A program made the position numbers and the translations under genes. A model generated the notes under the pieces. It was not told where the DNA came from, made no database searches, and worked only from the letters and a program-made list of their open reading frames with translations. A stretch of DNA of 63,482 nucleotides, counting the filler, from Dugesia japonica (taxonomy: Eukaryota), in NCBI GenBank assembly GCA_001938525.1. It is 6 parts of 6 records of this genome, joined end to end, with 100 filler letters (N's around TTAATTAATTAA, not from the genome) between each part and the next. Parts side by side here need not be neighbours in the genome. Positions count along the whole stretch, not along the records: positions 22,973 to 34,360 come from MQRL01528891.1; positions 34,461 to 44,022 come from MQRL01613679.1; 4 more parts are not named here. One strand, given 5' to 3'. Of the stretch, positions 26,936 through 39,650 are shown one piece after another (within the stretch, counting starts at the first letter, position 1; every line of letters starts with the position of its first letter).

Positions 26936-28064
26936 AATCAGAGGCATTCATTTAAAATCTTCGTGGCTTTTGTACATTTGTCTTCTTTCTGCTCTCAAAG
27001 AATTAATTTCATTGCGTTGAAATCGGAGATGTTCTGGATTCTTACAATGCGAACATTTAACATTAGGAAATTGTGAGCGTATGTGACCTTCTTCTCTGCA
27101 TGCCCAACATTTTCTCACTCTGAAAGTATGAACATTGAATTCATAATTTCTTCTCGTAAAATTTCCGGTATTTCTTCGATATATCTTGGAATCATATTTC
27201 TGCTGATAATTTTTACTTTTATTTAAATTTCCATTGAATCTTGGTTTATTAAACCAATTATTTGTATTTGGAATTTCACGCGCTACTGTTGCATAAGTCA
27301 CCTTTTTCTTCAACGCTGATATTCCATATTCTGATTACATTTCTTTTTTCAATACATCAATTTTAATTATAATTTCTTTAATTTTTTCAATATCTTCTAT
27401 GTCTCGCATTATAATTTCTTTTTAAACTTCTTTATCGTACATTGAATTTTGTAAAAAAAATTTGACGAGTTTTTCTTTCATTAACTGATGACGCAGAATA
27501 TTATCTGCTAATTTTTTAACTTTTGAAAAAAAAATTGAAGATTCATTTATTCTACGATATTTCAAGGCATTAATTAAATCTTTACCAAGGTTTGCAGGCT
27601 CTGAAAATGCTTCTCTACATCTTATTTCGAAATCTTCAATCTTTGAATCTACTGTTTTATATAATTTGACTAAAAAGCTTTGTCATAAAAGCTTTTATAA
27701 TTATTTTATTTCATTGAATCGAAGTCATTGAAATTTCAAAAAATCTGTTAGCTACTTCAATAAATTATTCAACATTTCTTCCTATCCCGAAAATCTTGGG
27801 TGCTGGAATCTACGAGTTCAGAATTGGCATGGTTGATATGTTCGATTTGGAAATAGAGTTAAGCATAAAACATATTCTAAAACAAAATGACACTGTAATA
27901 AATATATATAGGTTTTGAGGAATCAGTCATGCAACAATGTCTGAGTACTAAATCATGCACACATTCAAACAGTCAATCAAGCATTCACATATTATCACAT
28001 ACATATATCGATTTACTTATATAAAGATCAATATGAAATATTATATTATTAGTCATATCTCACA
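24530..28064 (-). mobile_element. Internally deleted Ty3/gypsy element with both LTRs (5' LTR about 27894-28064; 3' LTR about 24530-24992, interrupted)
   Basis: Direct repeats 24541-24690 and 27901-28050; both LTRs begin TGTGAGATATGACTAAT on the minus strand; PPT AAAAAGGGGAGAA at 24993-25005; gag start MPILNS*IPAPKIF..VE*FIEVANRFF, knuckle CWACREEGHIRSQ, protease CLLDTGAKINVI at about 26620-26662, integrase C-terminal GPY/F modules at 25021-25760. No RT recognised. Confidence 0.88.
26662..26935. repeat. (CAT)n/(GAT)n microsatellite spanning a gap
   Basis: Pure trinucleotide tracts on both sides of the N run. Confidence 0.95.
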
Positions 28065-28101
<37 letters not shown>

Positions 28102-28151
28102 NNNNNNNNNNNNNNNNNNNNNNNNNNNNNNNNNNNNNNNNNNNNNNNNNN

Positions 28152-28205
<54 letters not shown>

Positions 28206-29542
28206 ATTATTATTATTGTTGGAATGAAACACCTGATCCTAAGAGAAGTACATTCAGGGACTAAACACGGCATAATAAGAGGAAATGAAATATCACGAAA
28301 ACAATAATCAATAATCATTACTAGACGAATAACAACAGAAAGTTAATAAGTAGAAGAAAGCCGGATGGTCAAAAGCGAAATAAGAAATGAATAAAATCAG
28401 TAGAAAGACCATTAAAGATAACCATAATTAAAGAAAATATAAAACATAATCAAAAAACAAGAAAATATTATTAAAATAATAACGGTAAATTGTTGAAGTA
28501 AATTAATTAATTTTATTTGAGAAAAATATCTTATTTGCAAGAAAATCGGATAAAAGAAAATAAATCGAAAGAAGACCGGGAAAGAAAATTCAGAAAGGGA
28601 ATAACACGAGGAATTGGTTTTTGTAACGAGAAAGGGTTATCTCTAAAAAATAGTCACCAATCGGGCGGTTGAAAATCTTATAAAATTCAGAAATTTTAGA
28701 GCTGGAGCCAATCAGAATCTGCAAACGAAAAACAAAAATATAAACCCAATAAAGAAAAGACCGAGTTGCATAAACAGGTATATAAACCGTACTGATTTTA
28801 GTCGAAATTACCCTCAAATTTGTTATTATTGATAATATAGCAGCTATATTGAAAATTCTTGCATATTTATTTAGAGAATAATCGTGAATTTAATTGATTA
28901 TATTTCAAAAAACGAAGAGATTAATTGTTTTACTTCAATTATCAAGCCCGGTTACAGAATCAGCTAATTCATTAGTAAGTGTTACATTGTTTTAAAATTT
29001 GTAATTTTTATCTTATGAATATTAAAATTAATGTATTTGCTAATAAAATTTTCACTCTTATTCTCGTTGTTTAAAATTCAGAAACCAAACTAGTAGTTAT
29101 ATCACTAACCCCTCGGGAAACAAACTTTATTAAAGATGTTGTGACCTTTAATACTATTAGAATTTAAAAGCGTAATTTATTATTAGCCTTGATGGCATTA
29201 ACAGAATTGTTATTCTTATATTTAACTACACTGATATTAACACGCTTATGGCGGTAATTCTTAAAATGACTGTTGTATTGGCTGTTTTTACCACTCAGTT
29301 GTTATTGTTCTATTACTAATCCCTTTTAGTTTTAATCTGGTTTTCATGGGCAAATCTGATACTCCTTTTAACAGGATGAATATTATTATCATTATTTTAT
29401 TATTATTATAATTGCCATTATTGTATTAATCTTAAATTATGATGATATTATTGATAGGGTTATCATTGAACTTAACATTAAATAGCCTAGTATTGCTTAG
29501 GTCGCAATAATTATTCCAAATGTTTTTATTTTTTATTTCACT

Positions 29543-29582
<40 letters not shown>

Positions 29583-30571
29583 AATTCTTGTCATAATTAC
29601 CCCACTCGTCACTTTATTATTAACATTGACTCAAATTTGAATGTATCACAATTAGGACAACAACTACGTGCAACAATATCCCAGATATCTTAACAGATAC
29701 GCTAAAAATTATGCAATTAGAAAGAAAGAGTTCTCAACAAAAACCATTAATAGGGCATATCCTATTCCCCAATAAGATTATTTCGCTCGATGAAACTGAC
29801 CTACGTTGCTTTGTGGAGTTGTTTCCTCTACATTGGGAAGTGTACTTAGATCAGGCCAATTAGTTGCCACTTGATGTTTTTGAATGAACTCGTTCCAATA
29901 TCACAATTTGTCGTGTTTTCATTTACCTATTACATTTATCTATCAATTACTGTGTTACCAACTATTCACCCCTAACTCTATTTTCTGTGGAATACAAATG
30001 GGAACAGAAATGAAATCGTCAAACCTGGCGAATAATTTTTAGGAGGACACTAATCCTCATAATCGTGATACCGGGATGTTAGTGGAGCACTCAAACCTAG
30101 CTCCATCAAAAGCAGAAACCGAAAGAGTGAGGAACTATGAAAAGCGTCGTGAGTATTATAATTGGAATGGCCCGAATTAGGCTCTAACCACTCAATTTAC
30201 GTATGATGTCCCAATGACCACCGCCGAGGTCTAAATCATTATCGATAATTACTTACGAAGTATTAGGAGATCCGGAAAACACCGAAAATCAATATTTCTG
30301 TCAATCAATTTTAATGTATAATAAAATTTCTTACTTTATCCGATATTGATTAATTTAGTCTTAATTTAATTTGTTTTATCTAGTTATCATTTCATTTTAG
30401 ACCATTTTAATTCAGAGTCATTTTCTATTATATGAGTTATTTAAGATCTTAAAAATTTAGTAATTAGTAAATATTGAGTTTTAGTAAATAATAGCATCGG
30501 TAAATATAACTTAGTCTGTTCTTGTTGTTCAGTAATCTGATGAACAGCGTTATCGTTTTTTATTTTTATAG

Positions 30572-31180
30572 TGCATTCATCGCTTAATCAATCTGTTGCT
30601 CCTTCTAAAAAGATCCACGAAGACAGTAAGGACATGGACATGTCCTGGGATCTATATAGAATTGCCAAAAGAAAGTGGAAAAAAGACACAGCCCTAGCTA
30701 ACTCTAAAGTAAAAGGTTACAAAAATAAATATCATGCATACAGACTTGAAGTTGAAGCTTCCCATGCACAAGAGAGCGTGTGGAAGCAACAACTGAAAAC
30801 GTTCGCTGATGTCATGCAATCCATTCATGACAGTGAGAATAAACTGGTATCCGACTTATTTGAAATGCGTAAACGAATCCCTTTGAAGTCGTTGATGGTA
30901 GATAAGGCTATCCAAACCCGAAATTCACAGATTACTTGGTTAGTTTATAAATATAATCTCCTAAAAAACTGGTTTCGACTCATAAATTATTTTGGTTTTA
31001 TATTTTGACTTTACTCTGTCTATTTCTAGTGTCACGAATCAGACTACCCAACTCACTCGAACGCTGTACCATAAAACCTTTAAGTCTGCTTAAACTACAC
31101 GTTGACCCATCAACGGATTACTTGCAAATATTCGGATATTTTATCAATAGTCATATTACCATATTCTATACACATTTTAA
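30572..31180 (+). pseudogene. Spliced-looking coiled-coil-like ORF of unknown origin, preceded by a stop-riddled reading frame at about 29998-30320
   Basis: 145-aa ORF with higher GC than its flanks; TTTTATAG acceptor at 30571; candidate donor GTTAGT near 30939; charged helical composition. No family recognised. Confidence 0.3.
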
Positions 31181-31286
31181 TATTATCAATGTTAAGTAAA
31201 CGTTCATCGCTTTTTCTTTTTCCACTTACTTTCTGGCGCTGAAATGTTTATCTTTTTCCAGTATGTAATTGTCTCATAAGTCTTCT

Positions 31287-32990
31287 TGTGAGGAATATAT
31301 GACAAGTGAAAATTTTTGTTTAAATATTCCAAAAAATATATATAAAACAGTGTTAATTTTAAATAATAATTTTTAGAGTAATTAAGAGTTGCAGATCAAT
31401 AGTAAGAAATTATTGTAATTTGTTAATTGTTGTAATTACTTGTAAATGTGTTAAGTTTTATTAAATTGTAAATTTAAATAACTTGTAAATTTTATTAAAT
31501 TGTAAATTTTATTCGGTAACATTTTTTAGAAAGGTTGTAAATTTAATTGAAGTTAATAAATCTTTGATAAATAATTTTAGTTATTATGTTAGATTCAAGT
31601 TTAGGAAATCCGGAGGTATGTATGCCTCACATGGTGGCAGTGGTAAACACCGACTCCATTAACGAGAGATTAATGCCTAAGATATATGAAAAAGGCAATG
31701 ACGTTGAAAAATTTATTAAAAGATGCGAATTATTTTTCGATGCNNNNNNNNNNNNNNNNNNNNNNNNNNNNNNNNNNNNNNNNNNNNNNNNNNNNNNNNN
31801 NNNNNNNNNNNNNNNNNNNNNNNNNNNNNNNNNNNNNNNNNNNNNNNNNNNNNNNNNNNNNNNNNNNNNNNNNNNNNNNNNNNNNNNNNNNNNNNNNNNN
31901 NNNNNNNNNNNNNNNNNNNNNNNNNNNNNNNNNNNNNNNNNNNNNNNNNNNTATCAAGACGGTAGAATCTATGGTGGACAGAATATTTAAGAATAAAGAT
32001 TTCACAAAGGAGAAGTTAGTTGCTAAGGTGATGGTATGGGGGTCTGAAAACAGAAAAGTTGAGGAAGAGGTAGTATTGCGGAAGTTAGAAACTTCGGAGG
32101 AAATTAAGAAAACACTGGTTCTACTAGATCGAGTGGAGAAGAAAAGGGAGAAAATTAACATGATACGTAGCTACGCAAGAGAAGTGAGTACACAGAAAAT
32201 GGAACCAAGGCGAGTAGACACTCGACAAATAGATGTTAAAGACGTAAGATGGGAGATAGAATGTTGGGGATGTCATAAAAAAGGTCACATGAGAACACAG
32301 TGTTCAAAAAGCGAGGATAAAGATTGTTGGACATGCAAACGACGAGGTCACCTAAGTAAAGATTGCTCAAAAAGAGAACAAAAGAGATGTTTTAGATGCG
32401 GAGATATGGGACACATGAGAAGAGAGTGTAAGAAAGAGAGATGTTTTCAATGTGATAAGACAGGTCACAGAGCATCAAAGTACCGAGAATACAAAGGAAG
32501 AAATATAATGGAAGATAGACAAAATGGAAAAAAAGAACAGAGAAATCGGTTTGGTTATTTCAATAAAGTAGAAACACAAGAAGAAGGTGATCGACGAGAT
32601 GATGAGATATGCGAACATGGACTTGAGATACTGTACCCAAATGAGAGGGCTTTACCAAGGGAGAAAGTGGTTGCAGACATTTATTAGAAAATTCAATCAA
32701 GGAAGGTCCTCATGGAGTAGAGAAGTGGGAAAATAGAGAGAGAATACATGAGAAAATATATAGTTTTCTGAAGCAAGAGAAATTTCATGCGAATAATGTT
32801 GAGGAGTGGATGGGAGTTTTGTCAGGAGGTAAACAGGTAGAAATCAGTTTCGATAAAATGCAGGGCAGACCGAGTATAACAATAATTTTTGGTGGAGTTG
32901 TGATGGAATGTCTTTTGGATATTGGAGCTCGTATTAATGTGATTAACGAGTCATACTTAGAGAAATGGCTTGAAGTAAAAGTGGAACCTA
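31287..32990 (+). mobile_element. Ty3/gypsy 5' portion: LTR 31287-31631, PBS, gag with four zinc knuckles, protease; truncated
   Basis: LTR bounded by inverted TGTGAGG...CCTCACA; PBS TGGTGGCAGTGG at 31632 (tRNA-Leu-like); gag ATG 31673 MPKIYEKGNDVEKFIKRCELFF; knuckles CWGCHKKGHMRTQC, CWTCKRRGHLSKDC, CFRCGDMGHMRREC, CFQCDKTGHRASKY; protease CLLDIGARINVI. Confidence 0.9.
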
Positions 32991-33891
32991 GTGGTAGAGG
33001 CAGACATCATACCCTCCTCACGAAAAAACATTACTTAAAAATTTTACTAAGTTCAAAGATCATATAAAACCTTATAATAACCATATAATAACCATATAAA
33101 ACTCTATTAAAATCCTATAATTACTACATAATTACCATATAATTACCTTATAAAACGCTATGAAAGTATATATAATATATATTATTATTATATGAAGTCA
33201 CAATCAACCTTATAAAGTCAAATAATACATGCAATATACACAATAGAGTCTTATACCCATTAAGCAATGGGTATTATACACACTATTAGTCCAATAGGTC
33301 TTATACATGCTTTAAACAATTATACATATGAAACCAATAGGTCTTATCCGCACTATAAACCCAATAGAGTTATATAATACACATAATACAAACAATAAAG
33401 GCACTTAAATACATGCGATAATTCCTATAAAGTAATACACACACACAATACACTCAATATAGTCATATAATACATACAATAAACGTAATAATGATAATAT
33501 ATACACACAAATAACTCAATTGAACTAGTTAAAACATATAATAAACCCCATACATACAATTAAATACATACAAAAAACCATATAGAGTCATTAAGTAAAT
33601 AGAATAAACCTATTATAAACAAGTAAATACCTTCAATAAACCCAAATGAGTTATATATAATACACATAATATTAAAGGTTCCCGGGGAAATTTTAAAATT
33701 TTATACATATTAATCCATGTGTGCATCATAAATACATGTTATGCAACGACAATGTAAAATAAACAAAGGATTGATATAAACTTAACAACTGATTAGTAAT
33801 GCATTTGCATATTGTCTAATTATTATTGAACATATAATTTCATTAGTTCAAGGTAATAATAATAACTAATATTAATCTAAATAATTATTTA

Positions 33892-34167
33892 ATGGTAGAT
33901 GATTTTCCAGAAAATGATGAAGAGATAGATGAAATAGATGCAGCATCAAAGAAAGAAATCAACGATACTCAACCAAATTATGATAATATTACCGAGAAAA
34001 TGATTGATGCACAGCAAAATTATGTTATTATTAATGATGATGAAATAATTGATATGGTTCCAAATGATGATATTTCTGATGAAGTAAAACCTGATACAAA
34101 TATAAATAAGTATATCATGAGTAAGGAAATGACTGATTCACAGTCCAATGAGGAAATAAATGATTGA
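33892..34167 (+). CDS. 91-aa acidic orphan ORF in a repeated element (homologous copy at 43860-44022, minus strand)
   Basis: ATG-initiated D/E/N-rich ORF; its 3' part and trailer (GGAAATGACTGATTCACAGTCCAATG...ACATGTGTGT..ATTTAAATAAATTTTT) recur as reverse complement at 43860-44022. Confidence 0.5.
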   Translation: MVDDFPENDEEIDEIDAASKKEINDTQPNYDNITEKMIDAQQNYVIINDDEIIDMVPNDDISDEVKPDTNINKYIMSKEMTDSQSNEEIND

Positions 34168-34293
34168 TGAAGACATATTGATCGAATTTTTAAATAAAAA
34201 AACATGTGTGTATGTAATTTAAATAAATTTTTTCATAATTTTCTTTTGTTTGTTATCTTAAATAAATATTTCAATTGTAAAAATTAGGTAACC

Positions 34294-34350
34294 GTTGCCA
34301 TGGCAACCAATGTAGGTCAAGGTCGTTTCCATGGCAACCGCCTTAGCAAC
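34294..34350. promoter_or_regulatory. Cluster of RFX X-box-like motifs
   Basis: Perfect palindrome GTTGCCATGGCAAC (34294-34307), GTTTCCATGGCAAC (34325-34338) and half site CCTTAGCAAC. Confidence 0.5.
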
Positions 34351-34360
34351 GGTATCTAGG

Positions 34361-34460
34361 NNNNNNNNNNNNNNNNNNNNNNNNNNNNNNNNNNNNNNNN
34401 NNNNTTAATTAATTAANNNNNNNNNNNNNNNNNNNNNNNNNNNNNNNNNNNNNNNNNNNN
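34361..34460. other. Artificial scaffold spacer
   Basis: N44-TTAATTAATTAA-N44. Confidence 0.95.
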
Positions 34461-37139
34461 TGGTTATCAAGATTTGATTGTATAATATTATTTTCTCAAT
34501 TCTTTGATGGGGTTCTCAAAGTAAAAATCATTTTAAAGATATTCAGAACTGTAAAAATTTTGAAATTTTCATGAAATTTACAAAGATAGATTCCTAGTCA
34601 ACAACACAATAACATTGTTTATATAAAAATAAGAATCGCTAGTTCAAACTAAGAAGTATAATATTGTTTAATATTAATATGTATTTACTCAGTACTTTCA
34701 AAGTAAAAAGATTTAAACAGCCTTTGGGATACTAGTATTTTTCTTCTTCGATATTGTCATTGATATTGACGAATCTTTATTGAATTCTCGTATATTATTA
34801 AAGAATCCAAATTATGACTGAGTTCAGCCTTTTGGAAACAATTTTAAATTGTCAATAATATGAATACTTATTATTTAGTTGGATAGTGTATTGCTACAAG
34901 TATTATAACTATTTGTTCAATGTTTGCCAACAAAGAATGGTTTTCAATTTAGACAATGACTTTCCAATTGTAGTCTTTGGTAATGAGATTTCTCTGTAAT
35001 TTTGTAATTCTTGATTTGAGGGATTGAAATAAAGATGTGATTGTATGAAAGAAAATCATTTGATCGAATTTATAAATTTGACGCGCAATAAAATTGTCAA
35101 CGAATAGATTAGATAGATTTAAGAACCTATCTTCTTTATCCCATTCTTGAATAAATTCCAAAAATAGTAATTGTTTCATGTATGCATTTTTCTTAGCTTT
35201 ATACAACTAATTCTGATTTTAAACGATAAATAAGTTCCGCGGCCACTCGCGTAAAAATGATAGCGTATCCATATAAAAGAAGAAATTGGTTCTACATTTT
35301 ACATATCAGCTAAAATAAGATGAATAAAATAAAATGTAAATTCATGGTTCTTATGTGCTTTATACACATTTTATTTCAACAAAAAGTAAAAGAATAACAA
35401 TTCAATTATTAATTATTTTATATAAAAACAATTTTTTATAAAAAACAAAAACATTCATAATTTCACAAAAATTTAATCTACGTTAAAACAGTGCAATATT
35501 TTTTTGGAATTGTGAAAAAACAGAATTAGGTGTATAAATAATGAAAACTTTGCACTCTCAAGAAACCAAGTGGATTTAGACTGCACAATTACTAAAGTTC
35601 GTCGAGAGAACATAACGTGATTTACGAGAGTGAACATTGGCTCTCATCCAAAAACTAAAACTGTGAAATAGTTAAATTCTTTCAGAGTACCTAGCAGTAC
35701 TGAACCAAATGTCAGAAAGGTAAAATTAATTTACACTTCATGATTAACAAATAGGACTGAAACAATTTATTAAAATCAGATGTATGTTTNNNNNNNNNNN
35801 NNNNNNNNNNNNNNNNNNNNNNNNNNNNNNNNNNNNNNNNNNNNNNNNNNNNNNNNNNNNNNNNNNNNNNNNNNNNNNNNNNNNNNNNNTATATATAATA
35901 ACAGTTGTAAATAGTAAACATTTTGATTTGTAAAATTCTTCTGTGGATAATTAGATATTAAAATAGCGCTGTAGGCGTTAATAGTCTTTAGCTTGAATTG
36001 TTCAAAACATTTAACATCTTTACATTTAAACAGTTGTAAAATCTATATATTTGACTATCTTTAGTGTTAATTTTTAATTATTATTCTTTGTCTGAAACTA
36101 TTTTTACATTAAACAAATTCTTACCTTATAATCTCTTCGAAATCAGTTTTTGTTTTTCTACTTTGTTATTTCCCATAGTTTATCTTTAAGACATGTNNNN
36201 NNNNNNNNNNNNNNNNNNNNNNNNNNNNNNNNNNNNNNNNNNNNNNNNNNNNNNNNNNNNNNNNNNNNNNNNNNNNNNNNNNNNNNNNNNNNNNNNNNNN
36301 NNNNNNNNNNNNNNNNNNNNNNNNNNNATTTTACGTATGCAAATATTTACAAAACTAAATTTTTTAAAATATTTTTTATTAAATTTTAAAAGAAATTTGT
36401 GAACATAAAATTTTACGTATTTAAATGTTTACAAAAAACTAAACTTTAAATTTATAATTTTTAGTAAATTTTAAATATAATAAATAAATTAATTAAATAT
36501 ATTATTTTGGTAATTTTTATTTAAAACATTTTGATATGGTGTTTTGAAATTTTATATAAAAAAATATTTTTATAAACTAATATTTTTTCATTAAAATAAG
36601 AAAAAGCTTCGATCAAAATAAAATTTATTTTTAAAAAAGTTCAAATTTTCGACAATAGTNNNNNNNNNNNNNNNNNNNNNNNNNNNNNNNNNNNNNNNNN
36701 NNNNNNNNNTTGAGATATTCAATACAATAGATCTTTGTTACTTAATTCTTTAAATTTTATCGAAATTTTATTGGTTTTTTTTACTTTTAATTTTAATGAT
36801 TTTAATTTTTATTTTGAAATAAACTCAAAAATTTCAAAAAAATTTTTTTGATTAATACAGAAAAGTCTTTAAGATATTTTAGATATATTATTCTTAGAAT
36901 TTTCTTAATTTTAAATTTTTGTATTTTTTTTGAAAATTTTTAAAAATTTTATTTTGTTTTGTATTTTTTATGCATATAATTTATGTTATTTTAAATAAAT
37001 ATTATTTTTTATAAATTTCTTTTTTAAAATTCATTCAAAAATGAACTAATTTTACACAAAATAATAAAATTAATTTTGTTTTGAACTAAAAATTTTTAAA
37101 AGTTTCTTTTAAATTAGTATTAGGACAACTAATTAATAA

Positions 37140-39650
37140 TATTAAAATAGAAAGAAGAAAACCAATTGATATAGTAAAAAGTTATGTGGAAGGAAACACA
37201 AAGAAAGTAACGAATACAGGAGATGAAATATCGAGAAAGTTACAAAAAGAACTAAACCAGAATTTTGGACACACAAAAATGTAGTGTTCCAAAAATTCAG
37301 AATTGGAATCCCATATTTGTCACACGAAAGGACATTTAAGTATATATTTTCCTGACAAGAAGCCACCAAAATGTTTTGGGTATGGTAAGATTGGTCACAT
37401 CAGAAGAATTTGCACAGAAATTATATGCGGTAAATTTAAAAAAACCGAGTCACATAAGGAATCATGTTATACGAACATCAACAAGCCAAGACAAGAAGAA
37501 AGAAGACGCAATTTTAAAAGCGAACAGCAAATAAAAGATTGGATTCAGACCAAACAAATCCATGCCACTCAATTAGAGAATGATGATGAAAGAGAAAATA
37601 TATTTTCTGGAAACATAGTAGAAGATGTAGATCTGAGAAGATAACACCTAAAAGGCAGTGCACTATCAGTAGAGGAGTTGGTCGGAGCTATTCATTAAAC
37701 AAGATACTGTTATATTATCCTTAGTAGGCCGAGAAATGGAATGAGATGAGTAAAGCAGGGGAAAAGTGTTAGATGAGTTTGAATTACTCATCGAATCATC
37801 AATATCAAAATTCAATTCCATAAAAACTTTATTAAAACAAATCTATACTAATACTATTTTTTTATTTAAACAAATAAAAATCCCCTCTTTTAATTGGTGA
37901 TCATTTTTTTAAAATTTATTTGAAGTTATTTAAAAAATTTTACTTTACTATTTACAATCGAAAATTTTATTTATTTAAAATTAATTTAATTTAATTAAGA
38001 AAAATTCATTTTATTTATTTACTTAATTGTCATTTAAAATTTAAGACTAAATTTTCGTTCACTTTAAAAATTTTATTTATTGAAAAATTTTATTTTATTA
38101 TTCAATAGTCATTTTTTAAATTTAAAATCGAAAATGTTTTTTATTTAAAATTACTTTAATTTAATTTATTTAAAAACATTACATTTATATATTTAATTGT
38201 CATTTAAAATTTAAGACAAAATTTTCGTTCACTTTAAAAATTTTAATGTATTATACCAAATATATACGCATACAAAATATTTGTTATTTAAATCTTTGAT
38301 GAATAGTTTAAATCTTTTTTTAAACCAAAGATTTTAAAAACTTGATCACCAATCACACAAAAATTTCAACTCGCTTTTCCAAACATTCATATTTACAGAT
38401 TTCTAAAAATTAAAGTTACAATGAGGCGAAAGTTTACAACGCAGAAGTGATAGGAACAGTTAAGGANAAACAGAACATAGAGATTTCGTATGATGAGATG
38501 TAAGGGAGATCTAGCATTTCTGTAATGACCAAAAGTGAAAAGTTTGATTGTTTGTTAGATACGGGAGCACGAATAAATGCAATGAAAATGGAAAGATTAA
38601 GTAAACTTGGAAAAACAATGTTAGAGAAAAGCGAGAAAAGATTGCATTGCTCGAATAACAACTCATTGCAGACAATTGGTGGAAGTCGTAGTTTCTGGGG
38701 TGTGTAAGAAAGTAACATTTATAGTAGTAGATACATTAATACCAGATCTAAGTGGTGGAGTGGAATTTCATAATATCTTTGAGTATCATCTGCAAAATAA
38801 AGTGAGGGTAGATATCAATTATCTACGAGAGAAATTTGTTTGTAACATCGAGACAAAGTTTAGAAGAAAGTTACAGATGGGCGAACGTTTGAAAAATGCG
38901 ATGGAGATTTTAGAATTTAATAAGGATCATAGTTGGACTGTGTTTATTCAGAATAATAAGGATGTATTCATTGCGGACATGTGGGATATTGAATGAACAT
39001 ACTTAACTAAGTATCGAATACTCACTAAAGAATATCCAATTAACAAAAATCATTATGGTCAACCAATGATTTTAAAAACGTTGATTGAATAGGCCATGAA
39101 GAACCTTTATGATATTAAACTTTTAGTGTCATTTGTAAGTTTAATTCTCAGTGGAATACGTCATTAATTTGAGTATGGAAAATGATAAAAAGAATATATG
39201 ATTATGCTTATATTTTACACAGCTCAATGCAATAACAGAAAGACAGGCTTTTNNNNNNNNNNNNNNNNNNNNNNNNNNNNNNNNNNNNNNNNNNNNNNNN
39301 NNNNNNNNNNNNNNNNNNNNNNNNNNNNNNNNNNNNNNNNNNNNNNNNNNNNNNNNNNNNNNNNNNNNNNNNNNNNNNNNNNNNNNNNNNNNNNNNNNNN
39401 NNNNNNNNNNNNNNNNNNNNNGAATTGCGGCATCACCAGATACATTTGATGAAATAATGAATAACGTTATTGGGAGAATAAATAGAACAATGGTTTAATT
39501 AACGATATTCTTATGTTTACCAAAAAAAGAGCAAAACTATGGAATAGTCAATAAAGTATTGACACGAAATTAAGAATGACGATTTAAGTGTTAATGGAGG
39601 GAAATTTCAATTCATGTGAGACGAGATAAAATTTTTGAAACACCTTATTT
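37140..39650 (+). mobile_element. Degenerate Ty3/gypsy (gag knuckles, protease, RT fragments), interrupted by an AT-rich insert at about 37760-38410
   Basis: CHTKGHLSIY and CFGYGKIGHIRRIC knuckles; protease CLLDTGARINAM; RT remnants NCGITRYI*, LINDILMF, EIKFL. Same family as 31287-32990. Confidence 0.8.

Noticed and set aside
26628-27076. Poly-D/M/S/H ORFs as host proteins
   Set aside because: Translations of a (CAT)n microsatellite and N run inside a gypsy element.
34949-35206. 85-aa minus-strand ORF as a gene
   Set aside because: Non-ATG start, flanked by stops in the same frame, no family recognised; possibly a decayed sequence but unsupported.
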